Program-made: the position numbers and the translations under genes
Shown here: positions 11,553-24,721 of the stretch, piece after piece
Layout: each line of letters begins with the position of its first letter
Numbering within the stretch: the stretch's first letter is position 1
Assembly (NCBI GenBank): GCA_001179505.1
Contig: CDMY01000362.1
Coordinates: 1-64,000, forward strand
Direction: 5' to 3'
Origin: Vitrella brassicaformis CCMP3155
Lineage: Eukaryota; Protista; Chromerida
DNA length: 64,000 nucleotides
Notes under the pieces: model-generated
The model's database searches: none
What the model was told of the DNA's origin: nothing
Seen by the model: the letters and a program-made list of their open reading frames with translations, nothing else

Positions 11553-12861
11553 TCACACTTCCAGCACTTTGCCGAAGCCCTCAAGCCATCTCAGGTACTC
11601 CCGCTGCTCCTGACACACACATGACAAATCACAGATGGACAGAAATATAAGTCAACGTGCCACCGGCATTTTGTGGCGGCGCTTCGTGATCACTGACTTT
11701 GTCGACTGCGACGGCATCGATGAAGTCGCAGACCTCCTCAGAGATGCCGAGGGACGCCAACCACTGGTCGAACGCCTCTTGCAGACGCTGATGGATGGAT
11801 GGATGGATGACAAACCGGTGCACAGAACAGACCACCCAGTGACGTGCAGGTATCCATGACAGAGCAAAAGTGTGTGTTCGGGTGTTGTTGCCAGCGTACG
11901 TCATCGAGGTCGTCGAATGACGGCCCGTTGTAAGAGGTCGGGCTCATCTTCTCTTCCTCGTTGGAGAAAAAACGAATGTTGCCGATCAGAAACTGACACC
12001 ATACCACACACAACATACCACGGGAAACGCCGAGGCAGATCGACCAGCCAGCCTCTCTCTCGACGACGACTCACCCTGTAGTCCTGCTTGCCGGCGTAGG
12101 TGCTGCAGTAGAATGTCATGCCCTCGCCCTTGCCGCCCTTCTCTATTGTGATAGTGAAGTCAGTCACGGCAGCGGCCATGGGCGGCTCGCTCTCGCCCTG
12201 CTGCCCCTCCTTCCCACCCTCCTGGGACGGCTGGGAGGCCTGAAGCTCATCCCAGTCGGGCGCATACGGGCTGACGGACGGCACCGACACACAAGCAAGT
12301 CCATCCATCCATCCATCTATCCATTGCCTGACTGGTCTCTTAGGTGTGTATGGTGACACTGTCACAGAGCTACCTTGCGAGTTGGAACTCGACAGTGATG
12401 TCGTATCCGTTGGCCTTCTTGCTCAGCACCATGTTGACATTGCTCTCGGGCTCCTGGAACTTCCACTCAGACGACTTGAGGAAATTCTGAGTGGCCACGC
12501 ATACACACACGCACGGGAGAATTGGTGCGTGCGGAGTCGGTTCCGTTCCCAGCCGCTGCTCACCTTGATTAGGTCGGGCTGCTCATACGACGTCTTTTCG
12601 TGCTGGATCTCCTGCCGCAGCGCCTTGGTCAGGTTGGCTGAGGAAGATCAGCACACAATTGCACACATTCATCAGGCGCTCATGAGTGAGCTGCGTTCGT
12701 CTTGTTCGTGGGTGCTCACCGGCGACGGAGAAGCACCGGTACGCCGCCCTTCTCGCGATGAGTGCCTCTGATCTGCCCATGGACGGCATCATCCCCCGCG
12801 CGCCCACCTGCAGGGCGGATGGCAGAGATCTGAGGCAGCGGGCAAGTGGCATGCTGCTCAA
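11553..12861 (-). CDS. MAM33: Mitochondrial acidic matrix glycoprotein, MAM33/C1QBP family (multi-exon)
   Basis: Arg/Ser-rich presequence; exons encode EIQHEKTSYE, GNIRFF...SYNGPSFDDLD, LQEAFDQWLASLGISEEVCDFI and EQREYLRWLEGF, matching the family C-terminal pattern (Y.GP.F..LD..LQ..F..YL...G, E..EY..WL). Confidence 0.85.
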
Positions 12862-13926
12862 AGGTCAGAGTGCAAAGAATGGATGGCTGTTTGTTGTCAC
12901 GGCAGGGGATTGTTTTACGTGTTCAGAGCTCTAAACCAAACCACGTGGCATGGCGCGCGCCGTTTTTTCATACTGTACAACGTCGCAAACATACCCACAC
13001 ACACATACACATACATCCACGCACAAAACATTCACTCACACAACACAAGGTACGAACACCCACCACCGACGGATGTCACGTCGCGTCGCAGACACACGCA
13101 CAGCACATGGTCCCTGCCCCACCGCCTCGCCTGCCCCACAGCCCTGTAACTCAGCCAGCCGATCAAGCAGGAGAGGGACACAAAAGGCGCACACGAGACA
13201 CGTACATCATGATGTAGGCTCATACTGACGGGCACACAGACAGACAGACAGACAGATATGAGTCGAGCAAAACAAGGCGGCATCCAGGCAGTCAGGCGGA
13301 CACAGACAAACGAGGTGTGTAGAGAGAAACGTCGGGCACCCACCCAGCCTCGTCCACGCATTCACTTGTGAGTAAAAAGAGAGAGAGGCTGGGACGAAAC
13401 GGGTCGGTGGGCGGGGCGGGGGGTGGGGTGGTCTGGGCTGGCGTGACAGCACAGCGAGTGGAGTGGAGTGAGCACGCAAGAATTCAATCACCCCTCTGAA
13501 TTCTCATGCACGTATGGCGCGGCGCGTACACACACAGACACCACACTCATGACATGGCATGGTGTGGTGTGCGTGCAGGCATCACACAACACACCACAAG
13601 CAAGCAGGCAGGCAGGCAGGCAAGCAACTCAGCAATAGATAGATAGGAGGCGGGTGCGCGTGCACCGTCCGTCAGAGCCGACGCACACACACACACACAT
13701 ACACACACACATACACACACACATACACACACGTGTACGTGCAGGGTAGAGAAAGGCGGGCGGATAGAGAGCCATACATAACATAGAAGGGGGCCGCCCG
13801 TCGTAGCGAGGCGATCCCTTTTGGGTGTCGATATGTAATGGTACGATGGATTCGATATGGTAGTCAGCAGAGTCAGCGCATGGCATGCAGCCACCCGGCG
13901 AGCGGCCGAGCGAGTGACAGCGTCAC

Positions 13927-14842
13927 TCATCCCTCGACCGACTTGCGCACGAGCGCCCTAACCTTCCTCTTGTAATCCGCCATGTCCTGCTTCATGTTCA
14001 CCTGACGAACAACGAGACACACACCAACACCAGAACCAACACACGTGACGCGCCCTTCTCTCTCCGTCTCTATGTTATGTGAGTGCTTTCTCTCTCTCTC
14101 TCACCGCGGCGTCAATGTTTGCCGGAGAGCTGAGGTTGGGCTCGCCGAGCATCGATATGACGCTCACCAAAATTGACTCAACACCTGCACTCACTCACAG
14201 ACCCAGATGAGAGATCAATTTTTACATGTTTTGGTGTGTGTGCTGTCTGTCGACTGACCGAGTATTGGCCTCCACCGTTCCTCGGGTTTCTCGTCGGGGT
14301 TGAGGGCGTCGGTGCCGGGCGGATGCAAAATCGATATGCACACACGGCCATCCGGGTAGACTGAACACACACACACACACAGAGGAGAGCAATACTAAGT
14401 CCCTCCCTCCCTCCCTCCCTCTGTCCAGTCGTGTGTGTGTGTGTGTGTGTGTGTTGGTTACTGTTAGGGTGCCACATCTCGCAGTCGAATTTCATTTCAG
14501 GGGGGTTGTTGGGGAAGTCCTCGGGGAAGGTGAGGGTGGCGTTGAAAATCCCACCCTCATACAGCGTGTCGGGCGGGCCCTCGAAGCACACCTTCCACTT
14601 GAACCAGTTGCTGTCATCCTCCAAACCCACAGAGAAACCCGAAGAATCGTCACGCGTCAACTCTGATATATGGATGGGATGGGATGCCACATACGACACA
14701 CACGCACAAGAGAGGAAGGGAAAGCATAAGTGAGATGACGCAAGGTCTCGTGTGTGATCTTCTGGTGCCATCTGTGCGGTGTTCTGCGTGGCTGCGTACC
14801 CAGGAGTTGCCTCTTGAGCAGTTCTCGCGCCACCGACCCCAT
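13927..14842 (-). CDS. UBC7: Ubiquitin-conjugating enzyme E2, UBC7/UBE2G-type (5 exons)
   Basis: MGSVARELLKRQLL / FEGPPDTLYEGGIFNATLTFPEDFPNNPPEMKF..MWHPN / IYPDGRVCISILHPPG...ERWRPI / VESILVSVISML.EPNLSSPANIDAA. Catalytic Cys and the acidic-loop insertion typical of Ubc7/Cdc34 are present. Confidence 0.93.
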
Positions 14843-15133
14843 GCTGATGTGTTCCTCCACCAAGCGATGCTGTCGTGGCTTGCCGTTGTCCCGTGGAGCT
14901 CCCTGACCCACTCAATCGCCTCTATGGCATACGACAGCCTGCCGAACGTCCTGATGACACGCTCTCGGCCGACCAAAGTAACTACGCTGGCAACAAATCG
15001 GCCGCTCCGCTCCCAAATCTGACGCTGTGGCCCTGACCCAACAGTACACCACCTACAAGCTCCCTTTTGCCTCCTCCCTTTGTCTTCGCGACCCGCGATC
15101 GCGAGCTTGCGTCTGCGACAAGGAGAGAGGAAA

Positions 15134-16909
15134 ATGGTGCTTTCTGTGCTTTTGTCCGGCTGCCTGGCACTCGCCATCGCTGCAGAATCGCTACCGAGAA
15201 GCAGCAATCATGCCTTCGTCCCATCATCCATCGGGCAGCTGACCCAGCGCTCGCGAGGCAGATCTCGGCTGCAGCCGCTTCACCTGACGCAGACGCTCTT
15301 CCCCTGGCTCGAAGCAACCAAGACCCCGGTGTTGGACCGGCGGAGGAACAGCAGGGAGAAATCCCGCCTAATGGAGCTCCTCGGTGAGGATGCAGGGGAT
15401 GGCGATGCCGCCGACGAGAGCGGCAAGCAGAGGGAGATAGAAGATCTGGTGGACCAGCTGGTGGCGGGGTACGTGTTTGAGCCTGACGCGGCGCTGGATG
15501 ACCTCTGTGGCGTGTGGAAGCTGCTCTACACCTACGCCCCTGGTGAGGCGCACAGACGGACAGCTGGTGCATTGCGCTGTGCTTATGCTGTTGGTTGTGT
15601 GTTGCAGGGAGTGCTGATGTGCAGTTTGCGTCGCTGGACAGCTGGCGGCGGTACTTCTTTGAGAAGGCCCCGTCGCCGCTGCAGGCACTCGCCACGAATA
15701 ACCCAAAGAACGTATGTGAGGGAGGACAGACAGACAGACGGACGGACGGACGGACGACGGACAGGCAGACATTCGATGGATGGTTTGTATTGTTGTCGCT
15801 TCCCTCCCTGGTTGGTGTCGGTCGTTGGTGCGGCAGACGTACCAGGTGCTGGACCTGAAGGAGGCCAACAAGTTCTCCAACCTTGTTGATTTCTCGGAGG
15901 GCAGCGGGCTCATCCAAGGCATCCTGTGCATCGAAGTAAGTGCGTCAAGTGAGTGTCAGACAGACAGACAGACAGGTCGATCGATTGACCGCAAGAACAG
16001 ACACGCTCGCGCATCCATCCATTTCTGTGGATGTGTGTGTTGATGGCCAGGCTGAGTATTTGGGTCTGGAGGACTCTCGGCTGAACTTTATCTTTGACAA
16101 CGGCTTCATCGCATTGGTGAGGGAGAGGGGGCGGNNNNNNNNNNNNNNNNNNNNNNNNNNNNNNNNNNNNNNNNNNNNNNNNNNNNNNNNNNNNNNNNNN
16201 NNNNNNNNNNNNNNNNNNNNNNNNNNNNNNNNNNNNNNNNNNNNNNNNNNNNNNNNNNNNNNNNNNNNNNNNNNNNNNNNNNNNNNNNNNNNNNNNNNNN
16301 NNNNNNNNNNNNNNNNNNNNNNNNNNNNNNNNNNNNNNNNNNNNNNNNNNNNNNNNNNNNNNNNNNNNNNNNNNNNNNNNNNNNNNNNNNNNNNNNNNNN
16401 NNNNNNNNNNNNNNNNNNNNNNNNNNNNNNNNNNGGGGGGGGGGGGGGGAACACCTGTGTGAGTATCTTGACCAACGTCTTGTTGTTGCCTGTGTGTTGC
16501 AATCCAGAAGCCGTCGTCAGACGACTCGCCGTCGCGACGGCTGCCTTACCCAGTGCCCTTCAAGTGAGTCGCAGACAGACACACCAGGCAGTCACGCCCT
16601 CTCCTCTACCGATGTGTGTGCGCCGGTGGTCTATCTGATTTGGTTGCCAGGTTGCTGGGCGACAAGGCCAAGGGTTACCTGGATGTGCTCTATGTCGACG
16701 ACACCCTGCGAGTCGCAAAAGGAAACAGGTCAGTCAAACAAACCAACACACGCGGTGCGGGGGAGACTCGTGTGCGTGTGATGTATGTCATGTCATGTCT
16801 GTCTGTCTGTCTGTCTGTCTGCAGGGGAACGATCTTTGTGTTTCGGCATGAGGGTAACGAGGCGGTGCAGCGGCTGAGGGACAAGGGGAGATTGGACGAT
16901 GTGCTCTAG
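15134..16909 (+). CDS. PAP/fibrillin-family plastid lipid-associated protein with a bipartite targeting sequence (spans the assembly gap)
   Basis: Signal peptide MVLSVLLSGCLALAIA, then an AFVP motif and Ser/Arg transit-like region; GVWKLLYT; C-terminal GYLDVLYVDDTLRVAKGN-RGTIFVF typical of fibrillins. Confidence 0.85.
16135..16433. other. Assembly gap (299 N) flanked by G-runs, inside an intron
   Basis: Seen directly. Confidence 0.99.
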
Positions 16910-17464
16910 ATGTACGTCAGCCGTGAGCATGAGCGTGGATGGGCTGGCTGCGTATAGACCTACCTGGATGGTCGGAATGGGCGTCAGCAGTTTTGACCTT
17001 TTGCTCGTGTCACGTGAAATACACACCCTGGTATATTGATGCAATGCCATGCGCCTAAGCGATAACCAAGCGCTGCCTTTCGAGACCTTGTAAATGCTTG
17101 CGTATTCCTTGTGCAAACTGCTTCTGGCGACATTGAGTGAGTACGTTGGCATTCGTTTCTCATTCCAAAGGTACACATCACGCACGAAGAGTCAACCTTG
17201 ATGACGCTTCGCGGACGCACGTCGAAAACGCTCCCCTGTTGGCGTGGACTGGTGTGCTGTGTGGCAGAGGTCAGGTCCTTAGCGACCGCTTGACGGACGG
17301 ATTGTGGTTCCATTCTTGCTCCACTCATGGCTGACGACGACCACACCCTTGACATGGCTCAAGCCGACTCCCAGCGTAGGAAACCAAGCACCACACAATC
17401 CAAGGAGCAAACACCTCCATCTCTCTGTCTGTCTGTGTGTCCTGCATCCATCCATTCCCATGCC

Positions 17465-20400
17465 ATGACAGCGGGTGAAGATTCGTCCTCTCCCCCGCCC
17501 CCCACAGCGACGTTAGAGTTGACTCAGTGTCCCGACGCTGTGCGGTCCAAGCTGGCGGGCACCTCGGTGACGGTCACATCGGACGGCCTGGTGGTCGGCC
17601 GCAAAGTGGATGGACTCCCGGACGCATTTGCCCTCACTGGCGCACAGGGGTACACAGCGACTTTTGGGGAGAATGATGCCTGCCCATGGTTCGGAGGGGT
17701 GTGTGTGTGTGAGTTTGTTTGTGTGCAGAGTGTCGAAGCATCATTTCGAGGTGACGTTAGGCGAGGACCGGCAGTTCATGATCACAGACAAGAGCAGTAA
17801 GAGGGAGGGAGGGAGGGAGGGAGGGAAGGGGTCATGTGGGTCAGCCGTGACGTGTGTGTGACGTTGGTTGTGTGTCAGCCAATGGGATTTACCTGAATGC
17901 CGTCAAGATCGCAGACAAGAGCACAGCGCGACTCGACAACGGTACACACACACCGAGGGTGTTCCCGGCCACGTGGATGGATGCCCCATGTGTCTGCCCA
18001 CTTGTGTGTGTGTGTCACTCCTCACCTCCCGGCATTGCAGGGACCACGGTTGGCCTCATGAATCCCAGTGCTGGCGCCGACAGTGAGCATACACACACAC
18101 ATACGTACCACAGACCAGCTGCGTGACGGCAGTCATTGTGTGTGTGTTTTGCCTCCACTCACTTCTGTATGATGGCTGGTTGGATTGCGGCCGTCAGAGA
18201 GGATTGTGTTTGTGTTCAAGTACCCCGACCAGCCCCCCGTCCAGCCCCCCGTCAATGACGACGAGACGTCAGAGGAGGAGGAGGAGGAGGAGGAGGAAAT
18301 GCAGTTCTTCGACGAGCCTGCACCTGCACCTGCACCTGCACCGGCCGCTGCTGCCGCGGCCGCTGCCCCTGCGGGTAAACAAGACCGCCCTCCCATTCAA
18401 TTCACCCAGCCCAGCCACCCACCCACCCACACACACCCATTGCGGTGCATCAATGTGTAGGTGGCTCTCTGTCCAAGAAGCGCAAGCGTCGCGAGAGCCA
18501 GGCTGCTGCGGGGGGCGAGGATGAAGACGAGGATGAGGGCATCGGGGCCGAGCTCGAGTGCGGCGTCTGCAGGGAGATCATGTACAGACCACTCGCAGTC
18601 CTGAATTGCATGCACAAGGTCAGAGGGACAGAATGGGGGGCGATAATGGTGTATATCGCTCGTCATCTGTGTGTGTCTGCTTGTTATTCTCTCATGAGTT
18701 CAGTTTTGTTCGGCGTGTTTGCACGACTGGCTGACGACTCAAGACACCAACGGCCGGCGCAAGTGCTGCCCCATGTGCAAGGGGCCGGTTGTCGACGTGA
18801 GCTGACCTGACAGACCTCACGCACACAATACCAACCAACGCCCCGCCCCCCACACACATCCACCATACACACTCTCTCTCTATCTGTGTGTGTGTGTGTG
18901 TCAGGTTGTGCGCGATACGTCCTTTGCCAACGTCGTGGAGGAGTACCTCGCCAAGCACCCCAACAAGTGAGGAGGAGAACACCACACACACACACACACA
19001 CACAAATCCACCACAGACGGTCATCCTTTGGTCGCCCACCGGTCAGGCAGCGGTCGCAGGCCGATCGAGATGAGATGGACAAGAAGGACAAGGCAGTCAG
19101 GAAATTCGTAAGCCAAGGCCCCATACACACACACACACACACACACACATTTTCCTGACACTGTAGATGGGCGGGGGCAAGCAGCGGCGGGCCTACGATG
19201 ACGACGACGACCTCAGAGACGACTACTCAGAGGTTTGCTATGATACACAAACAGAGGGACGGGGCGCGTGTGATAGATAATGTTTTCGTCCCACACATCC
19301 TGTCCTGCCTGCGGCGGCAGGGTTCTGGTGACGACGACGTGCCGAATGAGTGTTTCAACTGCAACGCGGCCAGCGCACGGGACGGATACAGATGCCCATC
19401 GGACCCCGCACAAAGACAACACGTAGGCGTGTGGTATGAGGGAGGGGAGGGGGAAGAACCACATCCACGTGCACTGTGTGTGTGTCCCCTTGTGTGTCAG
19501 ACGATGTGCAACGAGTGTTTCCAGCTGATGCCCCGGCGCGACCCTCCCCCGCCCAACTGCCCAATGAAATGTACACACACACACCATGGCCACATACATT
19601 CACACACACATGGCTGACTGGTGAGGTCATTCCTGCCTGTGTGTGCCCACCCCACGGTGTGGTGTGGTGTGTGTCAGGTTTCATATGTGACAAGTACTTC
19701 TGCTCGCCCTACCGCCCGCTGTGTCCCGGGTCCATGTTCCAGGGCGGCGACAGAGCATTCATCGGGTGCAGTACGGAGGGAGGGATGGATGCACAAAACG
19801 GTCTGTCTGCCTGTGGGCATGTACGCGTGTGGTGTGTGTGTGCGGTTGTCCCTCATGTCAGGGGGGATTCGCTGCAGCGTGCCAAGGACATGGACGCCAT
19901 CAACACCATACCCGATAAGACATTCAAATTCAACAGTTTCGAAAAGGTGAGCCCCCCCCTGTCGCGGATGGATGGATGGATGTGTGTGATGCTCCTCTCT
20001 CTCCCGAGCTTGCTGCACTTGTAGGGCATTCTGCGTGAGGTGTTCGCCAACACACAGACGACGGTCAAGCAGGCGCTCACTTCGGTGTTCCAGAACCTAG
20101 CCAACGCTGCAGCTGCTGGGGGCGGTGCTGCTGGTGCAGGGGGTGCTGCCAGTGGTGATGGTGGTGCTGCCAGCGCATCGGGCACTCAGACGCAGACACA
20201 GGGCCCACCTGCCCCGCCCGGCACACTCAGCGTCAAATCACGTGAGACTGAGAGAGGACACAAATGCACGGGTGTGGGGTGGTGTGTGCGCTGCGCATGG
20301 CGGCGCTGGTGTGGTGTGGTGCACTGCAGGGACTGGTTTGGTGAAGCACATCAGTGGGGACGAGTACGTCTGCCGCCGATGCGGCGTCGATGTCATTGCC

Positions 20401-20685
20401 GGTACGGTGTGTATGATAGCAAACAAACCGACGGTGCCGCACACAAAGAAAGACACACACACAGCTCTCTTGTTGCCTCCCTCTCCCCTGTATGCCTCTC
20501 CCCCTCTCCCGTGCACTGCAGAGGCGCTGTATGAGTACCGTGCGTCACTGCCCCGCCCGTCGCTGCCGCAGCGTGCCCAGGCGCAGACGCAGAACTGCTG
20601 GTGGGGCCGCAACTGCCGCACGCAGAACAGGGACCACCACGCGCAGAAGCTCAACCACATCTGCGAACAGACCAGATTCACATGA
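17465..20685 (+). CDS. CHFR: CHFR-like E3 ubiquitin ligase (FHA - RING - Cys-rich - PBZ), many exons
   Basis: FHA motifs (VVGR, VSKHHF, DKS-ANG); RING LECGVCREIMYRPLAVLNCMHKFCSAC...CPMC; C-terminal CWWGRNCRTQNRDHHAQKLNHICEQTRF closely matches the CHFR PBZ finger. Confidence 0.92.
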
Positions 20686-20752
20686 GGACATGAGGAGGGA
20701 GGGGTGGGCATCGATGGATGGATGGATGGATGTGGCAGAGAGGCCAGCATGG

Positions 20753-20842
20753 GTGTCGTGGCCAGTCATTTCATGCGTGTCGTGTATTTAGCTGAGAGAC
20801 TTGTTCGTCGCTCAGAGGTGGATGACGGGATGGGTGCGTGTG
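20753..20842 (+). repeat. ~90 bp direct repeat, copy 1 (copy 2 at 24722-24811)
   Basis: gtgtcgtggccagtcatttcatgcgtgtcgtgtatttagctgagagacttgtt...ggatgggtgcgtgtg, roughly 85% identical by eye. Confidence 0.9.
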
Positions 20843-21202
20843 TTCCTTGACCGACGGACGGTGTATGGTAGGGATGCAGAGGCGGCACTCAACGCCAATG
20901 CAATTATTATTATTTCGATCATTCCGCGGGCTTAGGGACAGGTGTCTCGTCAAACCCTTAACCGACCGTTCCTGCCAGCCTTGTTGCAGCGCATTGGGCT
21001 GCAGCGCTTGTGATGCCTTCCACATAGCGCTGCATTCGACATAAACATGGTTGGAACTCATCGCTGAGGCATATCTGCGCGGCACCATGGCGGCTGTCAC
21101 GGTGAGGCGAGCATGGGACAATAAGAGAGCGGGAACGCCGGTCTGGTCAATCAGGAGGTGCTCTGTGTTCGGTTTGTCTGACAAACAGATCGGTAGCATG
21201 AA

Positions 21203-21664
21203 ATGGCCGCAGCAGAGAGGTACGCCCGACGCCCACACAGCAACAGGCCACAGATGCACTCAGAGGTGTGCTGTGCTGTGCTGTCTGTGATGTGTTGCAG
21301 CCGTGTTGGTGGGTAGGATGGTCAAGAGAGCAGCGTCGATGGGCTGCCGCGACGCGACCGTCATGCGGGCGGTGCGGCTGCTGGACCTGTGCCGCGCAGA
21401 CAAACTCATCGACACGAGCAACACCAAACAGGCAAAGAGATCTGAATGACAGACAGAGAGCAGCGACTCACGGGATGTGTGTGTCACTTGGCTGGCTGCT
21501 GGCACACAGGTAGCAGATGCGTGTCTGGCCGCCTGCGTCAAGCGGCTGCAGCCACACGTGCTGATGGACGACATGCCGGATGACCCCCCACACATACAGG
21601 CACAGGTATTGAAACACAGACACAAACACAGACACGCACGCACACCTGTGCAGCGCCGACCCGT

Positions 21665-21695
<31 letters not shown>

Positions 21696-24203
21696 GCTCT
21701 GTGTGTGCAGGTGGTGTGTCGTGCGGCCGCTGATAGTTCTGTGTGCGGCATTGAGTGTCTGGAGAAGCTGTTCACTGCTGCCGGCATGGACACCCACGGC
21801 CGCCTGTTCTCATTCGCCAAATACCTCATGGTGAGTCGGGCAGCCAGCCACACACACACCTCCAGCCATCGAATGACTTCTCCCTGTCTGTCTGTCTGTC
21901 TCTCCGTGCAGTTCTTGTCGATGTGTGACATCGACTTGGCCGGACGCGATGTCCCCCTGCTGGCCGCCACGGCCGTCTACATCACACGCAAGAACCACCA
22001 GAAGCAGATAGCGGGCGGCATATGGGTGAGCCAAAGCGACACGTGTCATGATGTATCTAAGGCCTGTGTGGGTTTGTGTGTCCGATTGTTCATTGTCAGA
22101 GTGCGGCCCTTGTGACTCAGAGTTCGGTTAGCGAGTCGAGGTTGGAGTCGAGCATGACGACGTTGAGGATGCAGCGGCTCATGTGGGGCGACACACAGAC
22201 CACCAAAGGGGTGAGCATGTCAGAAGACCAGTCGAATCGCCACCACAGCACCGTGTTGATGTCATTGTGTGTCGTTTGTGTGGTGTGTGCAGATCGTGAC
22301 CGATGCAGTAGACGAGCTGTTCGCCTCGCCCGACCGCCACGGCGTCGCATCGTCCCGCAGCCACACACAACAAGAGCAGCAGCAGCAGCAGCAGGTGGGT
22401 GGTGAGACATTGCTGACACAAGCAATGAGTGTTGCGACGATTCCATCTGTGCGTGTGCAGGTGTCTGTCTGGTGGCTGGTGCTGGTGTGGCTGTGGCTGT
22501 GGCGCCTCTGCTGTCAAGTGTGGTCATGGTGTTGCGGGCGGCCCTCAGCCGACGAGCAGCACGCCCTCGCCCATCTGTTTGCCGAAGACCGCTGCCGCAC
22601 CCCCGACATCAGCACCACACTGGCGCTGAGGGCAGCCGCACGAGACATCAGAGACGCCTTCTCATCAGACCAGCTGCGCAGCCGACTGGATCACTCACTG
22701 AGCCGTGATGGCGACGGCATCAACACCCCACAGCTGCAGCTGCTGCGGTTCGACCCATCGCTGGGGATGGGTGACCTGCTGGCGGCGGTGTGGATAGCCG
22801 AGGAGGGCGGGCGGTGGGATGAGACGGGGGAGGTGCTGCAGCTGGCCAGCCAGTGCGGCGACTGCACGCTGCCCATCAACCTCACGGCAGATGACATCCG
22901 CACACACGCCAACAAGACGGTAAGGCACACACACACGAGGGGTGGGAGGGAACAGAGAGGCCTCATTCTCTCTCTCTCTGTGTGTGTGGTGTCGTCTAGG
23001 CGTATGGATCGTTAGCTCGTGTGTTGGCGCAGCTTATGGTGGTGGGCCGCCATGTGCGGTTCAGTGACGGCAGCCGCCTGCAGCTGTTCCAGCATGGCAA
23101 CGGTGAGGTGCGGGCCATCAAGGACGAGCCCGGCTTCAAGGTGACCGTCATCCCGCCCCTCCCTGCCGACCATCTGTCCCAGCAGCGCCGACAGCGCCTC
23201 CCTGACGCCCTCCAACTGTATCAGCAGCACCGGCTAGAGCATGACCCACCAGTGCAGAGCCGCATCAACTACCATTGGCCCGGCCAATGGGTGTCGAGCG
23301 GCCCCCCGACCTTTGACGCGTCGGTGTCGTCGTTTGCCAAGAACAAGATCCTCGACCACTTCTACTTCGACGAGACTCACCACCAGACCAATCACACAGA
23401 AACACTCAACAGGTAGCAAATCAATGGCAGCAGTGGCGAGAGGGGTGCGTGTGTGATTGTGTGTGTGTGTGTGTGTGTGTGGTTGCTTCAGGCGTGTCTG
23501 TGGCGGCCGTCTGGATGGCCTCCTCACCCAGTCGCCCCACACACCAGTGGCCGGATGCACTACCACATTCAGCGGCGGTCGTACGCGGTTCCTGGTGCTC
23601 ACCGATAGCAGCGACGACTTCGTCGCGTGGATTACCATTCCGATTGAGGGAAACAATAGTGGTCAGGCCGACAGACAGGCAGCTCTAGTGGTCAAGTGTC
23701 TTTTGTCTGTCTGTCTGCAGTGAGTGTTGAAGTCGAGACGACCGAGGCGCCTGCGGCTGATGTGAGTGAGAATGCGCCCTTCAAGGACCGCTTCCCCTTG
23801 ACCACTCGGCTGGCCCGCGTGGCGCTGGGGCGAGTGGCGCCATACGTCTTCGACGGACAAGTAGCAGACCAGCAGCAGGATGATGACGGTGCGGACAGGG
23901 AAGGAAGGGACACGCACAGATGGTGGTCATGGATGTGTGCATGAATGGCATTTCTTCACTGTCTGTCTTTGTGTGTGGTGTAGATTCCGACGGCCATGGC
24001 GGCGGTTGGGATGATATGGATGACGATAGCGACGAAGAGGGTAGCGGAGGTACACACGAAGGAAAGAACGCGCAGACAGTACACACCGACCCGCATCACA
24101 CGTCTGCGTGTGTGCGTCTGTGTTTGTGTCGATGGCAGGTGAGGATGCACCAGCCGAGGAGGACAGCCAAGACGGCGGCGGTGACGGCAATGCATCGCCC
24201 TAA
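21203..24203 (+). CDS. Cyclin-fold-like N-terminus fused to an uncharacterised lineage-specific domain with an acidic tail (multi-exon)
   Basis: DATVMRAVRLLDLC...ACLAACVK and FAKYLM-FLSMCD...PLLAATAVYITR resemble the N- and C-terminal cyclin boxes. Downstream exons (22530-23410) are unrecognised. The start is approximate. Confidence 0.55.
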
Positions 24204-24721
24204 TAGCACACACACAGAGACCGATCTCAATACTCACTGGTGCGCCACAGACACACTGCAATGTCATCGGCTGATGCCATGCCTCCCTCTCTGTCTGTGT
24301 GTGTTGTGGTCAGGAGGGTGGCCGAGCGCTGCCTGTCACCCTCTCTCTCTGTAGCTCGCTCATCGGCGCAGATCAGATCAGCTGCTGATGTCGTGTCGAC
24401 CGAATGGACCGCGTAGCTGGCTGTGTGTGGGATGAAAGGCGGACATGGGTGTGGGCGGGTCTGGGGGTCCTCACTCCCCTCTCTCTCTGTGTGTGTAGCC
24501 CCCCTCCATCTCTCGACATATACATCTGCTCTGCGTGAATGAGTGAGTCGATATGCAGTGGGCTGTCTGTCTGGCTGTCTGTCTGGCTGTCTGTCTGCGT
24601 CTGTCTGCGTGTGCCTGGATGTGATGTGGATAGACTGACTGATCTGAACGTGTTGGTGCACAGAAATCGATACACACTCCATCAAACACTCCTTGGCTGC
24701 GCTGCCGTGTCTATTTGGTGT

